A stretch of DNA of 51,929 nucleotides, the filler included, from Bipalium vagum (lineage: Eukaryota), in the NCBI GenBank assembly GCA_037834085.1. It is 3 parts of 3 records of this genome, joined end to end, with 100 filler letters (N's around TTAATTAATTAA, not from the genome) between each part and the next. Parts side by side here need not be neighbours in the genome. Positions count along the whole stretch, not along the records: positions 1 to 17,435 come from JBBMKC010065542.1; 2 more parts are not named here. One strand, written 5' to 3'. A program made the position numbers and the translations under genes. This document shows positions 1 through 13,340 of this stretch, piece by piece; the stretch's first letter is position 1; each line of letters opens with the position of its first letter. The notes beneath the pieces were generated by a model that was not told where the DNA came from, ran no database searches, and saw only the letters and a list, made by a program, of their open reading frames with translations.

Positions 1-913
1 TTAAACAAATCAGAAAACGGTTTGAATAAATAAATTTTTATGGAGACTAATGATTTTTTAGCAACCACTAACAATCATTATTTTAAATTTCCAAATCAGA
101 TAGAGATCAGATACACACAGATCAGTATATTCTAAATTGTTAGCAAGCTTTATGGAAAAAGTTGAATTCGAATATTAGTAAAAATTTCATATGAAAGAAA
201 AAGATAAATTATTTTTTTTTTAATTTAGAAGAACGGATTTTACATATTTTTCATTTTTATATTAATTTTTCTTTTTTGTGTTATTTCTTTAACAACATAA
301 GATGTATAACAATTTGCTTTATCTTTTCTTGTATCGTTTTCATATTTATTAAAGAAAAAGCTAAAATTATAATTGAGAAAACATTAATTTTCCTTTTTGT
401 GTAAGTGAAATTTAATTTGTTTTTTTAAATTCATCTGCTGCATAAATTCCAATGAAAAACTAATATCTTTAAAGAGGAGTTTAAAATATAATCAGGTATA
501 ACTTTTTTTTAAAATATATTTTATTGGAAGTGTAAAAATTAGATGAAAAATACTCTGCAAACATTAAGATTTTTAATAATAATTTTAAATAGAGAACTAC
601 AGTACCTGGTTATTGAAAAAGAATCAAGCAAAATTATCTTTTTTAATCGTAAATTCAATTTAAAATGGTTATTTAACTTAATTCATTATTAAATATACGA
701 ATAATGATTTATTATACTGAAAACACTAAAAATGTTATACATATCTATTGGGCTAAAGAAATTAATATTTGGTCCACATTCTCTTGTTTTTGTCTGCTAA
801 ATATTTTTGTTGTCATGTCACAAATACTTTATTTTCTCGATCATTTCACATTTCGTAGTCACTTTTACATTTTTGAATTTACATTTATTAAATTTAAAAG
901 CAATATTGGTAAA

Positions 914-1320
914 ATGGGAAGAAAACAAAAATTTTCGGAATGCACAAGAATTCAAATTAAGATGTTGTTGGAAGAAACAAGATAGCTAAATGTGAGATAG
1001 CACAGAAAATTAATTGGTCACAGTTTGCTATTAAAAATGTGAAGAAAAAGATTAAAAATGGGCAGAATCTAAAGTCTCAGTTTTAAGGACCAACTCGAGA
1101 AACAACTGCTAGAGACGACTGAACCATAATAATCAGTATTTCGCGATTTCGAAGGAAACCCATTAAAGAAAGTTACTGAAATTGTAACTTCAAGTGCAAA
1201 TGTTTTTGCGAGGACTGTGCGGCGACAGCTAAAAGTCAAACATCACCCAACCATTAAGCATATGTTAACATCGGCCATGATAAAGAAGAGACTAACTTGG
1301 AGACTGAAATACAAACACAA
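914..1320 (+). pseudogene. Tc1-like transposase, N-terminal DNA-binding fragment
   Basis: MGRKQKFSECTRIQIKMLLEE start, then frameshifted RETTARDD, RTVRRQL and LTSAMIKKRLTW segments typical of Tc1 paired-like/HTH regions; contains stops and frameshifts. Confidence 0.7.
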
Positions 1321-2694
1321 CGGAGATTTTGTTCTGTTACTACATTAAATTCTATTCATGATCTTAACCATGTTTATTTTTTTAAAAATACTTCATTATG
1401 AATCTTTAATAAAATTTCATGATCTAAATACCAATCTAACATTGAACATAATTATATTTATTAAATTAAGTTAACATTACTTTTTCTTAAAAGGTATTTA
1501 TTATTTTTAATTTGATAATTTAATAACATACTTTCTGTTACTTTACTTTTTTCCGGCTAGAATGGAAAATATTTAGTTTTATCATGAAGATATAATATAT
1601 AAATCAACTACATATATAAATCTATCTTCATTAGATGATGATAACGATGTTCTTTCATAAATTAAATTTTTATTTTCTTTCATTTATAATTTTAGTAAAG
1701 GCCTTTTCATTAAACTTGAATACATTCAAATCCCGTTTTAAGAGACAGGTTCGCTACTTGTAGATTATGAACGTAATTACTAAAAATTGTTATGACATTT
1801 TAAAGTTATTTAAAAGTTATTAATAGTTGAAAAAAAGAAAAAAATTTTTATAATATGGTGGGTGAGCCATAACCTCCCATCCTAAGTCTTTAATTTTTAA
1901 AAAATGTGATCTTCGAGGTGTGTGGCTTGGCATTCTCCTAATGAAAAGCCAATTTCGGACATTTTGCTTAGTCGGTACACATGTAGCCACTGAATTTAAA
2001 AAATTATAATCTAAAAAATAAATATGATTTCTTATACTTCAAATATTTCTATATCAATATTATTAAAACAACAATAAAATTGTCAATATTTACCAATTAA
2101 TTTTAACAATTAGAACAAAGAGGTTACTTTCTGACTCACCTAATATTTACTAATCCTTCGATTTTCTTGTACAACAAGACATTCTCATCTTTCCTTTTGT
2201 ACTTCGTTATTATTCTAGTTTAATAAAATGACTCTTTGGCTAACAAGTGCATCTGAATTTGTCACCTGATTCACTGTCTTACTTCAGGATGTCTACACTT
2301 TTCTTAGCGTAGATTGAACTCTTCTTTAAAGTAAACAATCATCATTTTGATCCAACAATAAAATAAAATTAACTAAAACGTTTGTCATTTTTTTATTGTA
2401 AATTGCAAAATATATATATATGCAGGGATTGTAAAGTCTTGCATTACCCAAAAATTTAAAATTTTTAAAACATTTTATTTTATGCTAGAATTTAAAAAAT
2501 GTAATAAAATATGTAGAAATGATTGTAATATATGTGTATACAAGGTATCAATTTGTTTTTCTGTTTAAAAATAATATTGATATAATTGATTATTAAAGTT
2601 GACTAATTTGGAATTATATTTATCCTCTACCATTCTTATTATAAATTTATTATTTACTGGAAACCACTTGATCACAGAGAACCATAACATAATT

Positions 2695-3283
2695 GGGTAC
2701 TATTGAACTAAAAAAAATACTAAAAAATCCATACACACTAAAAAAAATTTGTGTGTATGCAGGGTTTTTGTGATGTGATTTGAAAACATGACAGGTTGAC
2801 TAATTATTAGTGTGTTATTATTATTAATTAGTTATTAAAAAAACCCTGTGTAGTGTGTATATCCATACACAATAAAAAATTAATTTTTAATGTTTCATCG
2901 ATTCATAGAAACTATTATTTTTTATTATTATTTATTTTATTAATTTTTAAATCAGTAAATTTAATTAAATGAGAAAATTGATAATTATAATAATAATTGA
3001 CACAAACTGTCCTGAATTTCTTTTTTTGCAATATGCCTTGTCAAATATGGGATGTTCAGTTGTCCTCTGTAATCCAAATTATACCGAAAGTAGTGATATT
3101 CTAAATTTTTAATCTTTTTAATATTCTTAATTTTAATTAAATTTAAAGTTACCTGCCATGTCATCAAATTACATCACAAAAACCCTGCATACACACAATT
3201 TTTTTAGTGTATATTAGTGTGTATATCCATTAAAATATGCTGTGGATACACTACACAGGGTTTTTTTTAGTTCAATAGTACCC
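2695..3283. mobile_element. Non-autonomous DNA transposon (MITE-like) with long terminal inverted repeats
   Basis: GGGTACTATTGAACTAAAAAAAA at 2695 is the exact reverse complement of TTTTTTTTAGTTCAATAGTACCC ending 3283. A second IR block (TGTGTGTATGCAGGGTTTTTGTGATGT) at ~2749-2776 pairs with ~3170-3197. No TSD seen. Confidence 0.85.
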
Positions 3284-3930
3284 TCAATGAAATTAACTGC
3301 CATTGTTTTAAACCATGGAGAAGGAAAATCTACTCTCAAAATTGCTTATATAGTAAAATGTAATCATCAATTACCAGGAAAATTAAAATATACAATGAAA
3401 CCGTAAGAATAGACGATAGACCTCGAACCGGACGTCCAAAAAAGAGACGACACCATTTCCTAAGGAAGAATTTTCACAGAAGTGTATTTTACCAACGATT
3501 AAGTATCCAGCTTCAATAATGATGTGGGGTTGCATGTCATCTACTGGCCTTGAAAGATTGCAAATCTTGTCAGGGACGATGACTGGATCAAACTATATTA
3601 AGGTTTTGACCTCAAATATTCTACCAAGTAGGAAGGGCCTTTTTAAAGACAGATTTTATTTTTCAAGACGACATTGCTCCATGCCACAGGGAAAAATAGT
3701 TCAAAATTAATTAGAACGTAGTAACCTGATCTTAATCCAATCGAAAATCTGTGGTAGAGTGTTGGCAATATTATTTCTAAAGGAAATCAAAGAATAAAAA
3801 AGATTTAAGTGAAACATTATAACACATAGTATAATTGCAACACAGAACCGGAATTGAAGAAATTAGTAGATTCAATGCCGAAACGATGTAAATTATTAAT
3901 AAAGAACAAGAACTGGCCTACTAAATATTA
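3284..3930 (+). pseudogene. Tc1-like DD34E transposase remnant
   Basis: PRTGRPKK, MMWGCMSSTGL, FIFQDDIAPCH, PDLNPIENLW and SMPKRC...WPTKY* motifs across frameshifts. Confidence 0.85.
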
Positions 3931-4371
3931 AAAAAGATGTTATTTTTCTATATTATTGTACAAAAGCATTTTTAATAAGACATTGAAAATTGGTCAATGT
4001 ATATTTTGACTCACAGCAGCCCGAATTCTACAATGATTCATGCTTTGCCTACAAGATGGCAAAACATCGTTAGTATCAGTGTTAAATATTTTTTGCTTTG
4101 GTTATTTTTAATTTTTAATAATGTTTCAAAACTGAAAATTATTTTTACTAGCCCTACATCAAATTTTATAAAACTTTAATAAAAAGGGTTAGGAAATAAT
4201 ATGCAAAAGTTAAACTAAATTCGATAAAAAAAATTAAAAATCCAGCAAAGATTTATTTAACAAAAATGTTATACATTAGAAATATAAGATATCAACTAAA
4301 TCAATATCTAGAACATCGTTACCGATACTTGAGTCATCCTCTGAACCTAGAGAATTTTAAAATTAAAATCA

Positions 4372-4770
4372 TCACAAATATATCATACAATTTTTCATAA
4401 TATCTAATGACATTTGAAGAGCATTTACAGATTCCGTTCTGGTTAAATCAAACTCCTTATCTAAAAAATTCATAACTGATAAAGAATAATTTAGAATCCT
4501 ACAGTCATCAATAGGATAATATGGTTTTTCTATAGGCCCAAAATTATCTTTACTATCCTCATCCTGAGAAATAACCTCGTCAATAAATTTAAAATCAGAA
4601 ACTTCATTTTGTTTAATTTTTTGGTTTACTGTTATTCTAATTTTAGGTAGACAATTATTTTTACGCATTCCTTGAATAGGTAAATTATTAAGGTTGTCAC
4701 AATTCACTATTTTTAATTCCTTAAGAGGCATGGGATTGAATTTCATTTTGTTCACCAAGTTGTCCAACAT
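4372..4770 (-). CDS. Hypothetical 132-aa protein, possibly an accessory gene of the adjacent Polinton fragment
   Basis: Uninterrupted ATG-to-stop ORF in very AT-rich DNA, same strand as and downstream of the Polinton integrase relic; no recognisable motif. Confidence 0.35.
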   Translation of the reverse strand: MLDNLVNKMKFNPMPLKELKIVNCDNLNNLPIQGMRKNNCLPKIRITVNQKIKQNEVSDFKFIDEVISQDEDSKDNFGPIEKPYYPIDDCRILNYSLSVMNFLDKEFDLTRTESVNALQMSLDIMKNCMIYL

Positions 4771-5463
4771 TTTGAATCTATAATTAATTTTAAATATAAA
4801 AACAAATATACAAATTCAGAAATATAATTAGTAAAACAATTTAATATATTTTTTGGTATTTTATTTAAAAACAATTTTATATATTAATTGGTTTTTTTTA
4901 AAAAGTAATATAAATATAATATAAGATACTTTATTTTCTTGTTTTCTCATTTTAAAATATTTTTTATTTAAAAGTATCTTTAAAATGATATAAAAACCTT
5001 TCGAATGAGGAAATATTTCACAATTCTCTAATTATTTTCAATAGCTTATATTAATTATTAGTTATGTTAATTTTTATATAAATTCTTTTATATTTGTAGA
5101 TGACAGAAAGTTCATTGGAAAACAGACCTAATGAAAAAAGTATGGAATCCATTTGAAAACTTTATTAAGGAATCAAATAGAAAAACATGTTTCCCTTCAT
5201 TTTTTTAGACCAACATCTTCATCTACTTAAAAAATAAATATTGATAATATTAAAAATTAAAGATGAATAAGCATTTATCATGAATATTTTTTCCTGATTT
5301 TCAGATTGTTTTATGTGATAGAAAATAAATTTATTACTTTTAGTTCTAAATTTTTTACGTTTTAATATTAAATAAAAATTATTAAATTTAAAATTCAAAA
5401 TATAAATTAAAAATTAATATTAAAAAATTTTTTTCTTAACATTATTTTTTTAAAAAATCTTTT

Positions 5464-6420
5464 CTAAAAATTGCTTTTTTGTAACTTATTTTCATAAAAT
5501 TTTTGCCTGTATTTCCTTCCTTTTTGAATAAATGATTCCATATACAATTGGATTTTTAAAATAAATTTCATTTATCAATCTTTTGTATTATTGCTTTATA
5601 TCAATTTTCAAATTTCTTTTTAAATTTAAAAATTCTTACATGATCTCCAATATAAAATTTTTGTTTTATAGTTAAAGGATTAATATTTTTGATTTCAAGT
5701 TTTTCAATCTTTAACTTGACGATTTTTATATGTATCATTAGGAGAAATATCGATTGAACTATGAATTTTATTATTGTGAAAATTAATTAAGTTTGATAAA
5801 AGATGTAGCCATTTTCGATTTCCCTGTTCAGTAAATATTTTAAACATTAAATTGTTTAGAGTTTTATTAAATCTTTCAATAACTACATCTTTTCTTCATT
5901 GTCTGTTGAATAAATTTCACTCTCATTATCATCGCAAAATTCTTCAAATGTTTTATTGTGAAATTCTGTATTTTTATCAATCCAAAGTTTTTCTGGTTTT
6001 CTTTAGGAGTTGACAAATATTTTATCAAAAGCATCTGTTATAGAATTTCCTGTTTTATATTTTAAAGGAACAGCAAAAGCAAATCTTGTAAATAAATCGA
6101 TAACTGTTAGAATTATTTTATAATTTTTTTCTCTTGGAACAAAAGTTAAATCTGCAGACCAAATATCATCTTTGTTATTTACTTTTATTTCAGAAAATTT
6201 TTAGGTTTTCTGAATTATTTATGACTTTGATTTCCTAATTGTTTACTTTTAGGAGGAAAAATTTTTGAGTTTTCATAGAGTTTTCATTATCAATAGTTTT
6301 TGTTGTTCTTGGTAAACCTAGTTCTAAAGCAATCTTGCTCTTCATAATTAATTTTACTAGAGCTCTTTCAAGTTTTTCTTTTTGAGTTGGATTTGAAATA
6401 ATATTCATTTCATGAATCTT
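5464..6420 (-). mobile_element. Polinton/Maverick fragment 1: C-terminus of PLA2-like ORF plus degenerate retroviral-type integrase
   Basis: Minus strand gives NPTQKEKLERALVKLIMKSK, DDIWSADL, LTVIDLFTRFAFAVPLKYKTG, KPEKLWIDKNTEF, VIERFNKTL, FTEQGNRKWLHLL and FYENKLQKSNF*; colinear with and clearly homologous to 30420-31368. Confidence 0.9.
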
Positions 6421-6974
6421 CACAGGAAGATTTATTATTATATACACAATACAAACTGTAAATCATACAGTGGTTATAACAAATAAAATTTATATTCGTT
6501 ATATGTTCAAACCAGTCTCCAGTGGTTGCCAAGATGATCCGTCCGCGATTCCTAAACAAACATAAATGCAGATAAAGGTCGAGACAAACCATATTGGCTC
6601 ACTAGAGAGTTAAAATCGATCTCTGTCTCCATTGCATTAGACATCTACCAATAGAGACAGGAAAAAAACTCCCAAGCATGCAAACACGAAAAGGACACAC
6701 TATATAGTAGAATGGGCTAATAAACACGGGATTAAACTACGCTAAGATATAAAAAGGATGACAAATAACTAAGGCAAGAAAGGTGAAGGCAACGACGAGA
6801 TTACTCTACCAGTCGAAAACAAATAAAGCAATCCAGACTGCGGCAGGGACTTCCATCATTTGGGCCGCTGAATATGAAACAGGTTACGAATTGACTAAAT
6901 TTGGATGCACAAACATAATGGAGAAATATATACAAAATGACCATATCACACATACCAGGAGGAGTACACCGTAG

Positions 6975-9900
6975 GGAGGCGGAAATATAGAGATTGTAAA
7001 GTATGTACAGAGTGAAGGGTGAGGATAGAGAGGGGAACATAATAAAGGGAGGGAATAATAAAGATAATACAGAATAATAGTATATAAAGATAAATATATG
7101 TAAATAATAAAAGAAGAGAGGCTAAACCTAGCCAGGGGTGGTAGGTAAAGTCGGAAGGCGGGTGATGTGCGTGAGGTAGATATGGTATGATTCTCTGACG
7201 GCAGCGATAAGTAGGGCATGGGCAAAGGCCCCACGTTGATCATTGGAAAGGCCAAAATTCTTCAGAGGGCCATCATTCGCTGCATCCCATGACCTGAGGG
7301 AACCAACATTGATGACGTCAAGGAAGACCTTTGACCGAGTGACAACGGCGAGTTGGATAGCCAATTCTGTATACTTCGTGCGATTGGCTACACGGGATGC
7401 ACTGAAGTTCGTCAGAGAATCAAATGGAACCTTAATATCTAGGATGTATATCGGGTTTTTGGTTCGGTACCGGATAACCAGGTCCGGACGGAGAGTGGAT
7501 CGGAGTTTCGGCGGCACCCTGTCGGCATCCACATCGTAACCCAGGCCCCGAAGATGGTCGGCATCAACGTTAAGGACAGCATTGTGTTTAGCAGTGGGGA
7601 CAAAGGGGCGGCTTTTGCAATGGTTGAAGATATGGGCCTGGGTCTCGGCATGGTCATTGCAACGCCTACAGAGGATTGGTTTACCTTTATTGACTTTGAA
7701 AGGGTGGAAGTTAAGGGCCAGGTTGTTACTGCGGGCTTTCAGCAGGAAACGCCAGATGGTCGGAGGGAGGTGACATTCATGTAAGATGAAGTAGGAGACG
7801 GGGCTCAGACTGAAACAAGGTACAAGAAGGCCTTGGGATTTGAGCGACTTCCATTCCATAAAGTGCTGTAGAGCGATAGATTCGTGAAGGGTGGCTGTGG
7901 CCTTGTGAATGTTTTCACCGTCAAAGAAATAATGCAAAGTCTCCTGGGGGGTCGAGACGATGACGGTGAGGGCCACAGCGGCTCCGGCAACCATAAAGGA
8001 ACAGTCCACATGTTGTGCCCTCAAAGCCTTGAAAGCCGTACGAATCTTGCTCCACCAGGTGGCCTATTCAAACAAGGAGAAATTCCTTTGGTTTGATAAC
8101 CACGACAAGGCCACAGCAAGATCCGTATGGGCGTCACTGAATGACTTTTTCGTACCACATGCAGCAGGTGGTTGACTGAGAAGGTCCGGAAAGCAGCATC
8201 TAGACTTGTCAGATATCTGAGTCCTTGTACCACGCTACAGATGTGATATTCGTCGATAGAGCGGGTCACTCCAAAGCCCCTCAGTGATGTCGGCGAATAA
8301 AGATAAGCCTTATTCATATTTTTGAGATGCTGCTTGTCCCTGATTTGCCGGATTATCCTGCGGAGCCGCTCGTCATGTCCCTGTTTCTGTTCTCTGTGAA
8401 GGGCTTGACGAGAATGCTTTGACGCGAGGGTGAGATGGTCGATAACAAGATTCGAGAAATGGAATATAAGTCGCGAACGGAGGAAAGTTTTGTAGGGGTG
8501 AATCATTTGAACCGGATGCAAGTCTTAATGAATAATATGGGCGAAATCCGAGAGATTCCTCTCGAGGGTTTCATCAGTAGAGGTCCAGAGATCCACTCCA
8601 TGTGTGACCCCCAGATATGAGTACACATGAGCAGGATCAACCGGAGAGATGAGTTCACATTGGATGAAGAGAGAAGACGGCGGAGTGCCCAAGCAAAGGT
8701 AGCCACATTTTATGCGTCGGAAGGAAAGGTGGATGGCGTTCGTAAGTCCGCAGAGGGCTTCAATCATGGTCTGTAGCTTGCCGTGTGAAGATATCATCGA
8801 CATATGCTAGACAATCAAAGGTGTCTTCGAAGACTTGGAGGCGGTTCCTATAGGAATTAAAAATGTCCTAAAAGGAAATTTATGGCCAAACAGAACAGGG
8901 ACATGGACAGCGGACAATCCCCTTATGTATGTCAATGGATGGTTTGGTGAGGTGGTGACACACATAAAAGGTTGAGTTGTCCGCATATATATTTTGGAGA
9001 AGTTGAATGTCCATGTCCACCATACTGGACTTACGAAGGGTGATACAGAGAAATTCATGGGGCAGACTGGGAAATGCCTCTGCAACATCCAGAAAGCACA
9101 CATGAAGTTCCTTCTGGATCAAATTACAATATTCAGAGAGGCCCACAATGGTTTCGTTATGTTCCCCACAACCGTTATGTGAATGAATGGCCTTCTAGTT
9201 ACAATGGAGAAGGCCCGTCGGGATTATCCATTCAAGGAGGCGGTTGTTGAGCAGAAGGGCAAACAAACGATAAGATGTGACGAGGATAGCAATCGGTTTC
9301 CAAGACCATGGCAGGTGTGAGAACGAGTTTGTCCGGCTTCAAAATCAAGAGGGTCTTGAAGGTCTTCCAAGATTTGGGGATGATGCCATGGCCGAGAATA
9401 TGGTTGAAAAAGGCCACAAGGGAGACACACTCCGGGTCGATGGCAGGCCAGTCAGATTAGGTGAGGCCATCAGCACCCAGAGACGAGGTGGAGGTTATCT
9501 TAAAGTTCTTAACAATTTCAGCGGCATCAATGGGAGGCTAGCAGAAGATAAGAGGCTGGAAGAAAATTTAAAGAAATTTAGGGAATTGTAGAATTTGCCA
9601 CCAACAGATCTAGATAACATTATTAACGAGCCTGGAGTCATCACGAGAGAAGAATATAATAAGAAACATCCAAAACTCGGAAAGAGCCAGCAAGAAGTAA
9701 AGAAGGTAACCATGGATTTCACGTGGAAAGTGGCAATCCGTGGATCACCAAGTCATCAAGTGGCAAAGAGAAAGCGAGAAGTACCTCCAAAACCCAGATG
9801 GGAAAAATGATAGCGGAAGAAGATATTATAGTATTGATAGAGTCAATTACGTTGGACACATCAGAGGAAGAGAAAAGCAATAAGCAATCACTAACATCAA

Positions 9901-10410
9901 GCTGTGAAGAGCTAAGAAGAAGTCAGTTCCGTTTGAAGAACACACTTGCAAAAATACATGCAATGAGCGAGGAGAATGCTTGGGATTGGGCGAGATAAAG
10001 TTAAAATCGAGAACAGGATAAGAAGTGATTTTAAAAAATGATAAAGAGTGGGAAGAGGGCGGTTGCGAAAAATGAAGAAGATAGGATCAGAACAGGCCAG
10101 CACCAAAAAGAGAAAGAAGGAGAAACTAAACTGAATCCTACAACTTTGTGTCGATGTTGTCTGTGATTTTAATAAAAATTAAATAACGCTTAACCACACC
10201 ATTCCTAAGACCTTATTATCTCCACAAGGCAAGACATTTGAAGTAGTAGCAGTTATTGCCCGAGGTCCCAAAGTTGAGCATGTAGTTTTACACATGCCTC
10301 AACCTTCTTTGGGGACTAAAGTCTTGAAGACACGGGAGAAATGTGGAGGCTACGTCAACGAAAACAAACACAACAAACAAACCCCTCTACAACATCAAAG
10401 CCTGGCGGAT
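6975..10410 (-). mobile_element. Non-LTR retrotransposon with C-terminal restriction-like endonuclease (NeSL/Utopia-like clade), frameshifted
   Basis: ORF 7128-8024 has a CCHC knuckle (CRRC..AETQAHIFNHC), KHN, RPDLV..ILDIKVPFD, KYTEL and VGSLRSWD..ND. RT pieces upstream: IPKSWKTFKTLLILK, FLDVAEAFPSLPH, YSYLG, LYSPTSLRGFG. GC-richer than flanks. Boundaries approximate. Confidence 0.9.
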
Positions 10411-13279
10411 CAATCAATACAGAATCAATCAATACAGATATGCAATCTTAAAACTTTTTTATTTGTTATCATCCTAAAAATTGTGTATGAGTTAAAAACT
10501 TAATAGACAAAAACTATTTTATGATTATTCAAAAATAAATACATATGTGTTAAAAACTTTATTTGTGTATGTGTGAAATTCAAAATATATAAATTGTATA
10601 TTCATTTCATCTAAAACAATTCTGATCGAAAAAATTAATAATAATAATTAAAGAAATTAAATAATAATAAAATAATAATTAAAGAATTATAGGTATTATT
10701 ATTAGATTTGTAAAAAAAATTTTTTTTCAAGTAGCATTAAGTTATTAAACATAAAAATTAAAAGAAAAATTTTATGGTTAATACTAAAAGTGGAAACAAA
10801 ACAGATTAGGCAAATTAAGTAAAGTAAAAGGCGGTTACTAAAAATAAAAAAAAATGATCGTATAAAAGAGAGTAAAAAATTCTAAACAGGGACAACAACA
10901 AAAATATCTTTTAAAGCTACAGTATTGGTGCAAGTAATCAGCGACCAACGATTAACTACAAATCATTTCAACTCTTTGCCGGAAGAAGTTAAACCATTAT
11001 TTACCCAAAGAACAGAACAGACTAGGATCCCACAGTAAATTACAGGAAAAGACTGAATAATTACTCGATTAGAAAAAGAGACAGTCACAAATTACCTGAA
11101 AAGATTAACTGCCGGTTCAATATTTAAAGATTGCAAACCCCGTAGCAGAAAGCAAGCAAAAAATCAGAGATACCAAGTCACGATTCCAGTTTAAACTTCA
11201 AAATAAAAATAGAACCCATTCAGCTCATTTGCACAATTTCTAGATTCCAAGGACCAAACCAATTCATACGAGTATTTACTATTCCCGTCGGTTCTCCGCG
11301 ATTCATTCGATTCTTTGCCATTCTCATTGACGAAATTCACTTTCTACAAATCTTTACCAGTCCAGTAGCTTCCTAAAAATTCGTACAATTTAATTACGGT
11401 CAACATCCCTCAATTTATACTTAATTAATTTGAAACGTAATTTTTATTCATTTTTTTTATATTGAAAGGTATCAAAGAAAGGTATACATATTATTAACTA
11501 TTTGTTGTTATTTTACTTGATTTTAGTTATTGATTACTTAAGTACAATTAGTTGGTATATATTTTATTGACTTAAAATTTAAAATTTTAAGATCGTTTAT
11601 TATCATAACAATTATTCTCATAATATACTTAAGTTTGCAAGAATATCTTATATTTTATTTTGTAAGTCATATTGGATAATATAATATAAACCGGCTTTCA
11701 AATTAATTTGTAAGACTGGTCTCGATTTATAGTAAATTTATTTTATAATTTAATTAACCAAGCGTGTCTTGTTAGGCAGGACACAGTTTGTAGTAAATAA
11801 TAGTAAATAAATTCTCAGGCTAGGCCCTGAGCATCAAATAATTTTTTAAGCTCCTTTTCTTAGATTATAACTTTTGTTTATTTTTTGTTCATATTTCACA
11901 TGCTAAGTAGGGCGGTGAAATAAATTTGTTTTTCTTTATTGAGGACCTCTGAGCCTAAGAGCGAGAGGATTTTTATAAATAATAACTACAATTAATAAAA
12001 TCATAATCGGTCAGAATTGTTATCAATCATTTGTAATATAAAGTTTTAATTCGATTTCAATAAAAGTATTAAACCTATATTGTTATCTCAGTTTATTTAA
12101 CCTTATCGAACACAACCTATTGCAACCTTCAACCTTTGAGACCTAAGCCAAAATTTAAAGCTTCGTAATTTAACATCATTTTAACCACCCACTTAGGATC
12201 TTAACATAATAATTAAGGTATAAGCATTTGTTTTCTTTCATTAACATTTGTTAATTGATATTAATGTTGTGTCCTGTGATAATTCGTTATCTGAAATCAT
12301 TATTACTTGAAAATTTATTTTTAGATATTATATATTCCAGATAGATATTATTGTTAATTGTCTGTTTATAAATTAATATTGAATTTTGCCATAAATAAAA
12401 GTTATTAGTTTACTGATCTTTGTTAATTACATCAACTATTAGTGAACTGATTCAGGTTAATTTCAAAGTAAATCGATAAACTTGTTCTATGATCGCTGTA
12501 AAAGATATAATATTAATCAACTTCAAAATTTCTCAACTTTAAATTTTACTTAATAATTCAAATTAAATTTGCGTAACAACTAAAAAATTGTGTCTTTGTG
12601 GTTTATTAAAATAGTACTATTTGTATAAATTTTTCAGACAAATTCACCCATATTCCACGTTTTTATATATATTCTGCCCGTGACACCATAAGAAATTTTA
12701 CAATTGCCCTTGTTTTAGTAGTTAAAATTCTTATCGCAGTGCGCATTTTCTCTGTTTAATTTTAACCTATAATAGTAATATAAATTAAGAATAATTATTA
12801 TTAACAAAATATTGTGAAAATAATAACAATAACATGATCAAATAATAATATCGATAGTTATAATACTCTTAAAATTATGATTCGTTACTAATAATAATTA
12901 ACCCAAAGAATAAGTTTCTTTTTCACAGTTTAGCTGTCTAAAAAAATTAATCTTAGTAGGCCTTACCAAAAACCATAATAGGCTTCATTTTCTTATTATT
13001 AAATGATAAATCTTTATACCACCAATGATTGTCACAACTTGTAAAATTTTTTATTAAAATAAATGCGCGAACATTTGCAAAATTGAATATCAATCCTCTT
13101 GAGGAGACTCAAAAAGAATAGACAATTGTTATTGATAGTTTTGACAAATTTGATCTTGATCCTTGATTCCTTTTTATTGTAAAATAAAAACAAAAATCAT
13201 TTTATGTGATTTTTGTTATTTTGGTTAATGTAAAAATAGGAAACTCTGAAATATAAAGACCTTAAATAAAATAAAAACA

Positions 13280-13340
<61 letters not shown>
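13280..13340. repeat. (ATT)n microsatellite
   Basis: About 20 perfect ATT units. Confidence 0.98.

Noticed and set aside
7243-9998. Many plus-strand ORFs within the GC-richer region
   Set aside because: Antisense shadows of the minus-strand retrotransposon ORF, with no motifs of their own.
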